From Patescibacteria group bacterium (GTDB lineage Bacteria; Patescibacteriota; Gracilibacteria; UBA1369; LOWO2-01-FULL-3), in assembly GCA_038065735.1 (NCBI GenBank), contig JBBTQK010000003.1, forward strand, positions 64,704-128,703: a stretch of 64,000 bases of DNA, read 5' to 3'. A model generated the notes under the pieces. The model saw nothing but the letters and a program-made list of their open reading frames with translations, had not been told where the DNA came from and did not search any database. The translations under genes and the position numbers were made by a program. Shown here in pieces: positions 9,618 through 17,664 of the stretch (position 1 is its first letter; each line of letters begins with the position of its first letter).

Positions 9618-9986
9618 TTAGAGTACCTCGGGTGCTAATGAAATAATTTTTTGGAATCCTTTTTCACGTAATTCTCTTGATACAGGACCGAATACACGAG
9701 TGCCTTTTGGCTGCATGTCCTTGTCAACGATTACGATTGCATTATCATCAAAACGAATACTTGTACCATCTTTACGATTAATCTCTTTAACCTGTCTGAT
9801 AATTACGCCTTTTTCCACAGCGTGCTTTTTTACAAGTCCTCTTGGAGAAGCATCCTTGATAGCAACAACGACAACTTCGCCGATTCTTGCATAACGAGCT
9901 CCACTTCCTCTAAGAACTTTTATACACTGCGCAATCTTTGCTCCAGTATTGTCCGCTACTTTTAACATTGTTCTAAGCTGTATCAT
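9618..9986 (-). CDS. rplN: 50S ribosomal protein L14
   Basis: [18 protein letters not shown]-terminus, 122 aa. Confidence 0.97.
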   Translation of the reverse strand: MIQLRTMLKVADNTGAKIAQCIKVLRGSGARYARIGEVVVVAIKDASPRGLVKKHAVEKGVIIRQVKEINRKDGTSIRFDDNAIVIVDKDMQPKGTRVFGPVSRELREKGFQKIISLAPEVL

Positions 9987-10012
9987 ATTAATTTAATGTT
10001 TCAATTATTTAC

Positions 10013-10267
10013 TTATTTGGTTGCTTTTGGGGTAGCCGCCTCAGGCTTTACTAGAGTCCATCTCTTTAACTTGCTAAGAGGTCTGCATTCGTAGAAAGTT
10101 ACTGAATCGCCAATCTCATACTTTGTGCTTTCTGGATTGTCGATATGGTATCTACTTGAAACACGGAATCTCTTTTTGTACTTTGGGTGACTCTTATAGC
10201 TATATACTGTTGCTATTACTGTTTTCTGCTGTTTGTTGCTGGCAATAATACCTGTTTTAATTCTCAT
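10013..10267 (-). CDS. rpsQ: 30S ribosomal protein S17
   Basis: 84 aa, KTVIATVYSYKSHPKYKKRF pattern, operon position. Confidence 0.95.
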   Translation of the reverse strand: MRIKTGIIASNKQQKTVIATVYSYKSHPKYKKRFRVSSRYHIDNPESTKYEIGDSVTFYECRPLSKLKRWTLVKPEAATPKATK

Positions 10268-10454
10268 TATTTTTTTCGTTAATTATAGTTTCGATTCTAG
10301 CAATCTGTTTACGATATACCTTTAGATTGTGAGTATCTTTGTTTTCCTTGCTATTAACTTTAAAGCCCATTCTTACCAATTCTGACTTTAGGCTGGCTTT
10401 TTCCTCCATAAGTTTTTTCTCGTCTAATTTTCTTAATTCTTTAATGTCTAACAT
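10257..10454 (-). CDS. rpmC: 50S ribosomal protein L29
   Basis: 65 aa, IKELRKL...L helical pattern. Lies between rplP and rpsQ. Confidence 0.93.
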   Translation of the reverse strand: MLDIKELRKLDEKKLMEEKASLKSELVRMGFKVNSKENKDTHNLKVYRKQIARIETIINEKNNEN

Positions 10455-10457
10455 GGT

Positions 10458-10880
10458 TTATAACAGATTATTTTTATCTACGAAACGTGATCTAACTGGT
10501 AATTTATGAGAAGCAAGCTGCATGGCTTCTTTTGCAGTAGCCGTATCAACACCTTCCATCTCAAATATTACTGTTCCCGGTTTAACTGGTGCTACGAATA
10601 ATTCAGGGGCACCTTTACCAGAACCCATCGGTACTTCAGAAGCTTTCTTGGTAATTGGCTTGTGTGGGAAAATCTTAATCCAGATTCTTCCACCTCTCTT
10701 GATAAATCTGCTCATAGTTCTACGAGCTGCTTCAATCTGTCTTGAGTTGATTTCTCCTCCTGTCATAGCCTTCAAACCATAACTTCCATGGCTGATGGTA
10801 TTACCACGAGTAGCAATTCCCTTGTAGTCAGATCTTGCTCTTTGAACTTTTCTATATTTTTGCTTATTTGGTGCTAACAT
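10458..10880 (-). CDS. rplP: 50S ribosomal protein L16
   Basis: MLAPNKQKYRKVQR N-terminus, 140 aa. Confidence 0.97.
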   Translation of the reverse strand: MLAPNKQKYRKVQRARSDYKGIATRGNTISHGSYGLKAMTGGEINSRQIEAARRTMSRFIKRGGRIWIKIFPHKPITKKASEVPMGSGKGAPELFVAPVKPGTVIFEMEGVDTATAKEAMQLASHKLPVRSRFVDKNNLL

Positions 10881-10881
10881 T

Positions 10882-11559
10882 TTATGATTGTTTAATTTCT
10901 TCTATCTGTTCGGTAAGTTTTTTCTTAAGGTCTTTTTTAAATATATCTCCACGGTAGATCCAGGTTTTGATACCTATTTTACCGTAGCTAGTAAAGGCTG
11001 GTACGGACGCGTAGTCTATATCTGCTCTGAACGTATGTAAAGGAATTTTACCTTTGCTAAAGAATTCACCACGAGATATTTCAACTCCATTAAGTCTTCC
11101 TCCTAGATATATTTTCGCTCCAATTGCTCCACTTTCGATAACTTTTTCTAGAGCCATCTTGGCTGCTCTTCTGTATGAAACACGCTTTTCAACCTGTCTA
11201 GCAACGCTGTCAGCAAAAATCTTTGCATCTAACATTGGCTTTTTGATCTCTTTAATATTGATAGCAAAAGTCTCTTTGAATGTTTTATGTAGAATATCTT
11301 TTAATTTCTCGATACCTTCACCGCCATGACCAATGATTACACCTGGTTTTGATGAGTGAATGTTTAGGATAACTTTACCCTGGGTTCTAAGAATCTCGAT
11401 TTTTGACATACCATCATTATCCAGGTTTTTCTTGATCAAAGCATTAATTGCAATGTCCTGATGTAAAACTTTGGCATAATTTTTACCAGCATACCATTTT
11501 GAATCCCAATCCTGGGTGATGCCGATTCTTATGATTTTTGGGTTTACTTTGTGACCCAT
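10882..11559 (-). CDS. rpsC: 30S ribosomal protein S3
   Basis: MGHKVNPKIIRIGI N-terminus and a KH domain, 225 aa. Confidence 0.97.
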   Translation of the reverse strand: MGHKVNPKIIRIGITQDWDSKWYAGKNYAKVLHQDIAINALIKKNLDNDGMSKIEILRTQGKVILNIHSSKPGVIIGHGGEGIEKLKDILHKTFKETFAINIKEIKKPMLDAKIFADSVARQVEKRVSYRRAAKMALEKVIESGAIGAKIYLGGRLNGVEISRGEFFSKGKIPLHTFRADIDYASVPAFTSYGKIGIKTWIYRGDIFKKDLKKKLTEQIEEIKQS

Positions 11560-11585
11560 AGGGTTTTTATAAGTTATTTAAGTTA

Positions 11586-12020
11586 TTATTGAGCTTTTTT
11601 AGTACGAGTAGTCTTTTTTACTTTTACTTCCGGTTCAGCCTTTGGCTCAGCGCTACCTTCCGTTTCAACTGTTTTTACTTTAGTCTTAGCTTCACCTCTG
11701 CTTACCAATGATACCGTAATATGTGATGTTCTCTTTAGAATAGGGTGCATTCTGCCTCTTGAAACTGGAATTCCTCTTTTGTAAGTAGGTCCTTCTGTAA
11801 CAATAATTTCATGAATGAATAGACTTTCTTTATCCTGTTTGAAATTGTTTTCTGCGTTTGCTGCTGCTGATTCAATAACTTTCTTAATGATATCCGCTGC
11901 CTTTTTTCTTGTGAATTTAAGTGTGTCAGTTGCGTCTTTTACGCTCATACCTTTAACCAATAGGGCAATCAATGCTGCTTTTTTTGGTGTAATCCTGACT
12001 TGTCTTAGTATTGCTTTCAT
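11586..12020 (-). CDS. rplV: 50S ribosomal protein L22 with a basic C-terminal extension
   Basis: RITPKKAALIALLVKGMSVKDA pattern. The last ~35 aa are a Lys/Glu-rich tail. Confidence 0.95.
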   Translation of the reverse strand: MKAILRQVRITPKKAALIALLVKGMSVKDATDTLKFTRKKAADIIKKVIESAAANAENNFKQDKESLFIHEIIVTEGPTYKRGIPVSRGRMHPILKRTSHITVSLVSRGEAKTKVKTVETEGSAEPKAEPEVKVKKTTRTKKAQ

Positions 12021-12046
12021 CTTATTAAAATTGGTTGATTATATTT

Positions 12047-12325
12047 TTAGTTTTCTCTCTTAGCCAACTGACCACCATGTCCACGGAATAAAGTTGTTGG
12101 TGCAAATTCGCCCAACTTGTGACCAATCATATTTTCAGTAACGAATACTGGAATAAATTGTTTGCCGTTGTGAACTGCGAATGTGTGTCCGATAAATTCA
12201 GGTGCAATTGTGCAATCTCTTGACCAGGTCTTGATTGGCTTTTTTTGACCAGTTTCATTAACTTTCTCAACCTTCTTCATCATCTTAGGGTCTATATATG
12301 GTCCTTTTTTGCTACTTCTTGACAT
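12047..12325 (-). CDS. rpsS: 30S ribosomal protein S19
   Basis: [13 protein letters not shown]-terminus, 92 aa. Confidence 0.97.
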   Translation of the reverse strand: MSRSSKKGPYIDPKMMKKVEKVNETGQKKPIKTWSRDCTIAPEFIGHTFAVHNGKQFIPVFVTENMIGHKLGEFAPTTLFRGHGGQLAKREN

Positions 12326-12353
12326 AATTTTGCAGTTAAGCGATTAGCTTTTA

Positions 12354-13184
12354 TTATTTACTACGACGTTTTACGATCATTTTTGTAGTATAGTGCCTTT
12401 TTCTAGTCTTGAAACCAAGTGCAGGCATGCCCCATGGAGTTTTTGGATACTTAAGACCAATTGATGTATGGCCCTTACCACCTCCGTGTGGATGATCTTT
12501 TGCGTTCATGGCTGTACCTACTACAGTTGGTCTCCAACCCATGTGTCTCTTACGACCAGCTTTACCTATTTTAATATTGTTGAACTCGAGATTACTTACT
12601 TGTCCGATACTTGCATAACAATCTTTATCTACTTTTCTTACTTCACCTGAGGGCATTTGTATCTGAGCATGATCACCTTCGAGAGAAGTTAGTTTGATGA
12701 TAGTTCCGGCACTTCTACCTAATTGACCACCTTTACCAAGAGTTAATTCTACGTTGTAAATATTATAACCAACCGGGATATTCTTGATCATCATACGATT
12801 ACCCAACTTGATTTTGCCCTTTTCCTTAGTAACAATTTCATCTCCAACCTTGATTCCATCTGGAGCAAGCTGGTAAGTCTTTTCACCATCCTTATATCCC
12901 AAAAGCATAATATATGCGCTGCGATTTGGGTCGTATTCCACTGATTGAACCTTTGCTTCGATGTTTAGTTTGCCAGTACCCTTGAAGTCTACCATACGGT
13001 ATCTCCTGTCTGCTCCACCACCTCTATGACGAACGGTGATTTTACCTCTAAAGTTTCTACCACTACCTTTCTTTAATTTTACAGTAAGGGATTTAGTAGG
13101 TTTGCTTCTAGTTATTTCCTCGAATGAAGAAACACTCATATGTCTGACACCCGGCGTTGTTGGTTTAAATTTCTTTAGAGTCAT
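12354..13184 (-). CDS. rplB: 50S ribosomal protein L2
   Basis: 276 aa, GGGADRRYR and MNAKDHPHGGG motifs. Confidence 0.98.
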   Translation of the reverse strand: MTLKKFKPTTPGVRHMSVSSFEEITRSKPTKSLTVKLKKGSGRNFRGKITVRHRGGGADRRYRMVDFKGTGKLNIEAKVQSVEYDPNRSAYIMLLGYKDGEKTYQLAPDGIKVGDEIVTKEKGKIKLGNRMMIKNIPVGYNIYNVELTLGKGGQLGRSAGTIIKLTSLEGDHAQIQMPSGEVRKVDKDCYASIGQVSNLEFNNIKIGKAGRKRHMGWRPTVVGTAMNAKDHPHGGGKGHTSIGLKYPKTPWGMPALGFKTRKRHYTTKMIVKRRSK

Positions 13185-13492
13185 TATTTTTTATCTTTAG
13201 AATCTTTAAGTTTACTAGGATCGATGGTTTTGCCACCTTTTAAAGTTACTATAGCTTTTTTCATAACAGGTCTCTTTGTCCACTCATATTTTCCTTTAAT
13301 AGTTCTCTTTTTTGGAGCAGTTAACATTGTTCTAACAGTTGCAACTTCTGCACCATATAGTTCTTTGATCGCTTGTTTAACTTCAATTTTTGTAGAAGTT
13401 TTTTGAACCATGAAGGTGTATTTGCCTTTGCCCTGAGCAAATGAGCTCTTTTCTGTTGTGATCGCCTGAATGATTGCTGAATTATTTTTCAT
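13184..13492 (-). CDS. rplW: 50S ribosomal protein L23
   Basis: 102 aa, ITTEKS...YTF pattern. Lies between rplD and rplB. Confidence 0.94.
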   Translation of the reverse strand: MKNNSAIIQAITTEKSSFAQGKGKYTFMVQKTSTKIEVKQAIKELYGAEVATVRTMLTAPKKRTIKGKYEWTKRPVMKKAIVTLKGGKTIDPSKLKDSKDKK

Positions 13493-13502
13493 TGATTATT
13501 AA

Positions 13503-14129
13503 TTATTTCGTAAATGTTTCCTCAAGCTTCTTTACGGAATCTTTGAATAGAAGAACGTTTCTGTATTTCTGTAAATCCCCGATGTTTAGGTAGCCAGCAG
13601 TGATGAATTTTGCATTAGCAAGATTGCGTACTGACTTTTGTACCACTAGGTCTTTTACAGGAAGAACAACGAGAACGTTTCTATCTATAGGTAATTTCTT
13701 GATTAAAGTGTCGAATTCTTTAGTTTTTGGTTTATCAAGACTGAATCCTTCTAAACCAATAATCTGATTTGCACGAGCTTTTTCTGATAGAGCTGAAAGT
13801 AAAGCTACTCTTCTTTGTTTCTTTGGCATGTCTTTTTCGAAGGTTTTAACACTTCTTGGACCGAAAGTTACACCACCACCCCTCATATGAGGATTTCTAG
13901 TGGAACCTTGACGGGCGTTACCTGTAGACTTTTGAGCCAATGGCTTTTTGCCACCACCTCTGATTTCACCCTTAGTCTTTGTATGAGCAATTGCTACACG
14001 TTTGTTAGCCAACTGTCTTATTAAAGCCTGATGAATCAAGTCTTCATTGTATGGGACTTCAAATAGTGCCTTTGGAAGCTCTAGAGAGCCGTTCTTTTCA
14101 CCTTTTTGATTGTATAAATCTATCTTCAT
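13503..14129 (-). CDS. rplD: 50S ribosomal protein L4
   Basis: 208 aa, GEIRGGGKKPLAQKSTGNARQGS motif. Confidence 0.96.
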   Translation of the reverse strand: MKIDLYNQKGEKNGSLELPKALFEVPYNEDLIHQALIRQLANKRVAIAHTKTKGEIRGGGKKPLAQKSTGNARQGSTRNPHMRGGGVTFGPRSVKTFEKDMPKKQRRVALLSALSEKARANQIIGLEGFSLDKPKTKEFDTLIKKLPIDRNVLVVLPVKDLVVQKSVRNLANAKFITAGYLNIGDLQKYRNVLLFKDSVKKLEETFTK

Positions 14130-14134
14130 TATAA

Positions 14135-14722
14135 TTATTTAACTTTAACGATTTTGATTAGACCACCATTTGGTCCCGGTAATGAACCCCTGATGCAGAT
14201 AATTTGCTTAGCAGCGTCCATAGAGATGATTTCTTTTTGTAGAGTGACAGTGTCAGTACCGTGTCTACCTGGCAATTTCTTACCTTTTTGTACACGTCCC
14301 GGTTTTGCACGACAACCTATTGAACCTGGTTCGCGGTGGTGGTGAGAACCATGTCCACCCGGACCACTCTTGAACTTCCATCTCTTTATTACACCGGCGA
14401 AACCTCTACCTTTTGAAATTCCAGTAATCTTTACCAATTCTGTACCCTGGAGATTTTCAACGGTTAGTTGATCGCCTTTCTTATAATTCGCTACGTCTGC
14501 TTCGAGTATTTTAAATTCTCTTTGATACTGATATTGCTTAGTCTTTGTCGGTTTTTTTAATTTGGAAAAACCAAGGACTAACGCCGGATATCCGTCTTTC
14601 TCAACTGTCTTCACCTGTACGATCTCATTTGGACCACACTGGACTACAGTAATCGGGATCACGCGACCATCATCTTGAAAGATGCGAGTCATACCTAATT
14701 TTTTACCTAGAATTCCTGACAT
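14135..14722 (-). CDS. rplC: 50S ribosomal protein L3
   Basis: MSGILGKKLGMTRIF N-terminus and FAGVIKRW motif. Confidence 0.97.
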   Translation of the reverse strand: MSGILGKKLGMTRIFQDDGRVIPITVVQCGPNEIVQVKTVEKDGYPALVLGFSKLKKPTKTKQYQYQREFKILEADVANYKKGDQLTVENLQGTELVKITGISKGRGFAGVIKRWKFKSGPGGHGSHHHREPGSIGCRAKPGRVQKGKKLPGRHGTDTVTLQKEIISMDAAKQIICIRGSLPGPNGGLIKIVKVK

Positions 14723-14837
14723 ATATTGTTGTATTGGTTAATCCCCGCTAAGGAGGTGCTCCGAAAAGATTTTTGTAAACCCTTTCTGGGAGTTGGCCGG
14801 TAGGCCTTTTTAACTTGCCGTGTCAAATTGCCGTTAG

Positions 14838-14866
14838 AATATACAGATCACTCTTTGCCTAGTCAA
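14838..14866 (-). promoter_or_regulatory. candidate sigma70-type promoter for rplC and downstream genes
   Basis: On the minus strand: TTGACT (revcomp of 14861-14866), 17 nt, TATATT (revcomp of 14838-14843). Lies inside the unusually long 187-bp rpsJ-rplC spacer. Confidence 0.45.
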
Positions 14867-14909
14867 TAGAAAATTTAAAGATTGATTTTGCGGCTATGGC
14901 TTGCGCTAA

Positions 14910-15236
14910 TTAGCTATTCATTTGTAACATTTTTATCTCGATTTCTACACCCGCTGGAAGGCTAAGGTTTGAAAGAGCTTCTATTGTATGAGAAGTCGTT
15001 TCTGTGATGTCGATTAGTCGGGCATGTGTACGCATTTCAAACTGATCTCTAGCATTCTTGTGAACGAAAGTAGATTTGTTTACTGTGAATTTTTCGATCT
15101 TAGTTGGAAGTGGAATAGGGCCGGCAACGATTGCGCCTGTTCTCTCGGCTGTGTCGATGATTAACTTAGTAGTTTCGTCGATAACTTTGTGATCAAATGA
15201 TTTTACTTTGATACGAATCTTTTGTTTGTTTGCCAT
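14910..15236 (-). CDS. rpsJ: 30S ribosomal protein S10
   Basis: [17 protein letters not shown] pattern, 108 aa, first gene of the S10 cluster. Confidence 0.97.
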   Translation of the reverse strand: MANKQKIRIKVKSFDHKVIDETTKLIIDTAERTGAIVAGPIPLPTKIEKFTVNKSTFVHKNARDQFEMRTHARLIDITETTSHTIEALSNLSLPAGVEIEIKMLQMNS

Positions 15237-15265
15237 GTTGTTTATTGGTTAGGAGAAGTAAATTT

Positions 15266-15291
15266 AAAAAACCGAGTTTTACAGCTCGGTT
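15266..15291 (-). promoter_or_regulatory. intrinsic-terminator-like hairpin in the rpsJ leader (candidate attenuator)
   Basis: Minus-strand RNA reads AACCGAG-CUGUAAA-CUCGGUU followed by UUUU. It ends ~30 nt upstream of the rpsJ ATG and lies downstream of the candidate promoter at 15422-15450. Confidence 0.5.
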
Positions 15292-15421
15292 AGGGTTTGA
15301 TTAGTCGCTTTTTTAGAATTCTTTAGAATTGAAAGCGGAGATGAAACCTGAGCTGTCCCGCTATTCTTTGTAGAATCTGGCGGGTGACTTCCTAAAAACA
15401 GAAAATCAATTTTGTAGTGAA

Positions 15422-15450
15422 TTTATATAGATAGTTTTGATTGTAGTCAA
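15422..15450 (-). promoter_or_regulatory. candidate promoter for the rpsJ leader
   Basis: Minus strand: TTGACT (revcomp of 15445-15450), 17 nt, TATAAA (revcomp of 15422-15427). Confidence 0.5.
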
Positions 15451-15458
15451 GTTTTTTA

Positions 15459-15486
15459 TTGACATTCTATTGGTGCATGTATAAAT
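15459..15486 (+). promoter_or_regulatory. candidate promoter for the plus-strand orphan operon
   Basis: TTGACA (15459-15464), 16 nt, ATAAAT (15481-15486), preceded by an extended -10 TG (15478-15479). Divergent from the rpsJ promoter. Confidence 0.5.
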
Positions 15487-15516
15487 TGTGGCCTCTATAA
15501 TTTTTAATTCTATATA

Positions 15517-16134
15517 ATGAGTGCAGAAGCTGTGGGAGGGAAGAAGGATGTGGTGAATGGTGCAGGTAGATTGGACGCTGTCGAGGGAATGGGTGTTGCT
15601 GCTTGGATTCGAGCCGGAGATTCTGCTAGAGCTCAGGTTGAAGTTGCGGATGACGGTTTGAAAGCGGCTGTTGAGAGTGAGTTGCGGACTTTGTTTGGAA
15701 GTAATATTGATGAATTATTTGTTAATAGATCAAATGGTACTTTATCTGTGACTTTTAGGTTTGGCGAAGTGGATTTTCCTGAAGGGGCAAAAGTGGAAGA
15801 GGGTGTTCAAGTGGATAGTGATCATCATCATGATGGAGACGAGATTGTTAGTTTTAAGCATGTGGCTAATCTGGCATCTAATAGAGATTTTTTCGAAAAA
15901 TTATTTGCCGGGTATTCTTTATTTGGCGCAATAACTTCTGCTAAATTACTTTCTAATAAAAAGTGTGGATTTGTGTTGGATATTAATGCGATGAGGGGTG
16001 AGGCAGTGGCGGAACCTAATCTAGCGGTTGAGGCTAAAGATGGTGATGCTGGAGCCGCAATAAATGGTATTAGGAAAGGCGTTGGCTTTGGTTTGTCGGA
16101 TAGCGTCATTGATCTAAAGGATATTGTTTGGTGA
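15517..16134 (+). CDS. hypothetical acidic protein, orphan operon gene 1 (205 aa)
   Basis: Long ORF in an AT-rich genome with a promoter directly upstream. Gly/Asp/Glu/Val/Ala-rich, with no recognisable motif. Confidence 0.7.
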   Translation: MSAEAVGGKKDVVNGAGRLDAVEGMGVAAWIRAGDSARAQVEVADDGLKAAVESELRTLFGSNIDELFVNRSNGTLSVTFRFGEVDFPEGAKVEEGVQVDSDHHHDGDEIVSFKHVANLASNRDFFEKLFAGYSLFGAITSAKLLSNKKCGFVLDINAMRGEAVAEPNLAVEAKDGDAGAAINGIRKGVGFGLSDSVIDLKDIVW

Positions 16135-16167
16135 TATCGTGGTGTCTTAACTTTAATTTAAGAATTT

Positions 16168-16743
16168 ATGGCGGACAGATTTGATAGAGATAGGGATATT
16201 GATACTACTGAAATTCCATCTAGAGGAACTGGGGATTTGGCAAAATTGATTTTTGAATTAAAGTTTATAGAGAGAGCGGCTCGTGACGAAATTTTTAGTA
16301 GGATTAGTTATTTTCTTGAGCGTAAATTAGGAGGAGGTGGTTCTGAATGTGTATTTAAAATTTTGGCATTGCTTACGGATCCTGAAATTGATTTTGTTGT
16401 TCAGGGTGGCATTGTTAGTGTGTATGTGGATAAAATTAGACCACGGAATTATCAATTTGGAGCCAGGGATGATCACTCTCAAGCCATTATCGATTTGGTT
16501 AGTCAGTTGAGCGGTGATGGAGTTGAGGTTATTAATAGAGAAGAGGATGAATTTGGTACTGAAGTTATAGGATTTAAAATGCCTTTGGCAGAATTGGATA
16601 GAGGTTTCCCTATTGGTGGAGTACCTCGTGGAGGCGTTGAAGTTGTGGATGATTTTGTTGGGCAGGGAGAGGTTGGTGATATTAGGCAACGGGTTGGGGG
16701 AGCGGTTGCGCTCGGTGGTTCAGTTGGAAAAGATGTTGATTAG
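16168..16743 (+). CDS. hypothetical acidic protein, orphan operon gene 2 (191 aa)
   Basis: Starts 33 nt after gene 1 and is preceded by CTTAACTTTAATTTAAG. Gly-rich C-terminus, no recognisable motif. Confidence 0.7.
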   Translation: MADRFDRDRDIDTTEIPSRGTGDLAKLIFELKFIERAARDEIFSRISYFLERKLGGGGSECVFKILALLTDPEIDFVVQGGIVSVYVDKIRPRNYQFGARDDHSQAIIDLVSQLSGDGVEVINREEDEFGTEVIGFKMPLAELDRGFPIGGVPRGGVEVVDDFVGQGEVGDIRQRVGGAVALGGSVGKDVD

Positions 16744-16839
16744 TTCTCCCTAGGGAGGATTTGTGATCTGCAAATGGATTTAAATTTGACGATTGCTGAT
16801 TTGGTGATATTATTCTATCTTAATTTTAATTTAAACTTT

Positions 16840-17076
16840 ATGAGTGAAGTAAATCTGATTGATGACGTCCGTCCAGATTTTATTCAGCAAGCTGCCGCGA
16901 GACTTGAAGGCAAAGGTGCTGGTTATGATGATATGGACGATCCTTTAAAGCATCATCTTGTCGATACATCTGGCATTTCCAGAAGTGAAGTTACTGCAGA
17001 AAGCTATGCTGCAGAATGCGAAGATTTGAGAAGAAGGTATGCTGCATCTGCCGCAAATGGTTCTCATGTAGATTAA
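16840..17076 (+). CDS. hypothetical acidic protein, orphan operon gene 3 (78 aa)
   Basis: The ORF track opens at 16774. I prefer ATG 16840 (MSEVNLIDD) because it is preceded by CTTAATTTTAATTTAAACTTT, the box seen before the neighbouring starts. Confidence 0.55.
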   Translation: MSEVNLIDDVRPDFIQQAAARLEGKGAGYDDMDDPLKHHLVDTSGISRSEVTAESYAAECEDLRRRYAASAANGSHVD

Positions 17077-17098
17077 ATAATTATCTTAATTAAACTTT

Positions 17099-17572
17099 AT
17101 GGTAGAAATTGATGAGGGAAGTGGTTCTTGGTTGGAATACAGCACTTTGAATAGCAATGTAAAATCCAGGATCAGTGCTACTGTGCAGATGAAAGCTAGT
17201 GCTGCTGCGGCTATGGATATGTGGGCAATTCTTAATAAAGCTGGGACTGAATCTACCGATACGATTAGAGGCTCTTTAGATATTTCTTTGGATAGTAAAG
17301 CTCTTAATGATTCAGATATAGCCCTTCTGAGAAAGTTAAATGAATGTGGTGTAATTCAACTTGTTAATAATGATAGTAGTATATCTGGATTTGAGATAGA
17401 TTTGGATGCGAATAGGAGTAGTCGCGATGTTGTTGCCGATGCCTCTCCCCATGCCACTGGCGCCCTTGAAAGTAATGAAAATGTTGATTTGATGGTTGCT
17501 GATATGAGGGTGGCTGTAGCTGACAATGCAAGAAATAATGCTAAACTCCTCAGGATGTTTGGAGAAGAGTGA
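17099..17572 (+). CDS. hypothetical acidic protein, orphan operon gene 4 (157 aa)
   Basis: Starts 22 nt after gene 3, preceded by CTTAATTAAACTTT, and followed by the terminator at 17605-17643. Confidence 0.7.
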   Translation: MVEIDEGSGSWLEYSTLNSNVKSRISATVQMKASAAAAMDMWAILNKAGTESTDTIRGSLDISLDSKALNDSDIALLRKLNECGVIQLVNNDSSISGFEIDLDANRSSRDVVADASPHATGALESNENVDLMVADMRVAVADNARNNAKLLRMFGEE

Positions 17573-17604
17573 GAGCTCTAGTAGATAGTAAATTTATTCA
17601 GCAC

Positions 17605-17643
17605 AAAAAAAATCGCATCAACCTTTCGGGAGATGCGATTTTT
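17605..17643. terminator. bidirectional rho-independent terminator (orphan operon and tuf)
   Basis: AAAAAAAATCGCATC-loop-GATGCGATTTTT. A 9-bp stem plus an inner CC/GG pair, with an A-run on one side and a T-run on the other. Confidence 0.8.
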
Positions 17644-17648
17644 GAACA

Positions 17649-17662
17649 GAGCGCAAGCGCTC
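17649..17662 (-). repeat. stop-abutting palindromic hairpin (GAGCGC-AA-GCGCTC)
   Basis: Perfect palindrome 2 nt from the tuf stop, with the same core as 8478-8493. Confidence 0.6.
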
Positions 17663-17664
17663 GG

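Noticed and set aside
14749-14757. Perfect SD-like AAGGAGGTG on the plus strand in the rpsJ-rplC spacer.
   Set aside because: No usable start codon or ORF follows: the only frame gives 15 codons before a stop. I interpret it as the complement of the CACCUCCUU motif on the transcribed minus strand.
15828-16689. Minus-strand ORFs 15828-16109 and 16327-16689 inside the orphan operon.
   Set aside because: They are shadows of the G-rich plus-strand genes, with no promoter or start box. The serial plus-strand ORFs, with their own promoter and terminator, explain the region better.
16746-16757. The 12-nt palindrome CTCCCTAGGGAG also occurs at 34564-34575.
   Set aside because: On the order of a hundred chance 12-mer repeats are expected in a window this size. 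The second copy lies inside the HNH coding sequence, and there is no shared context.
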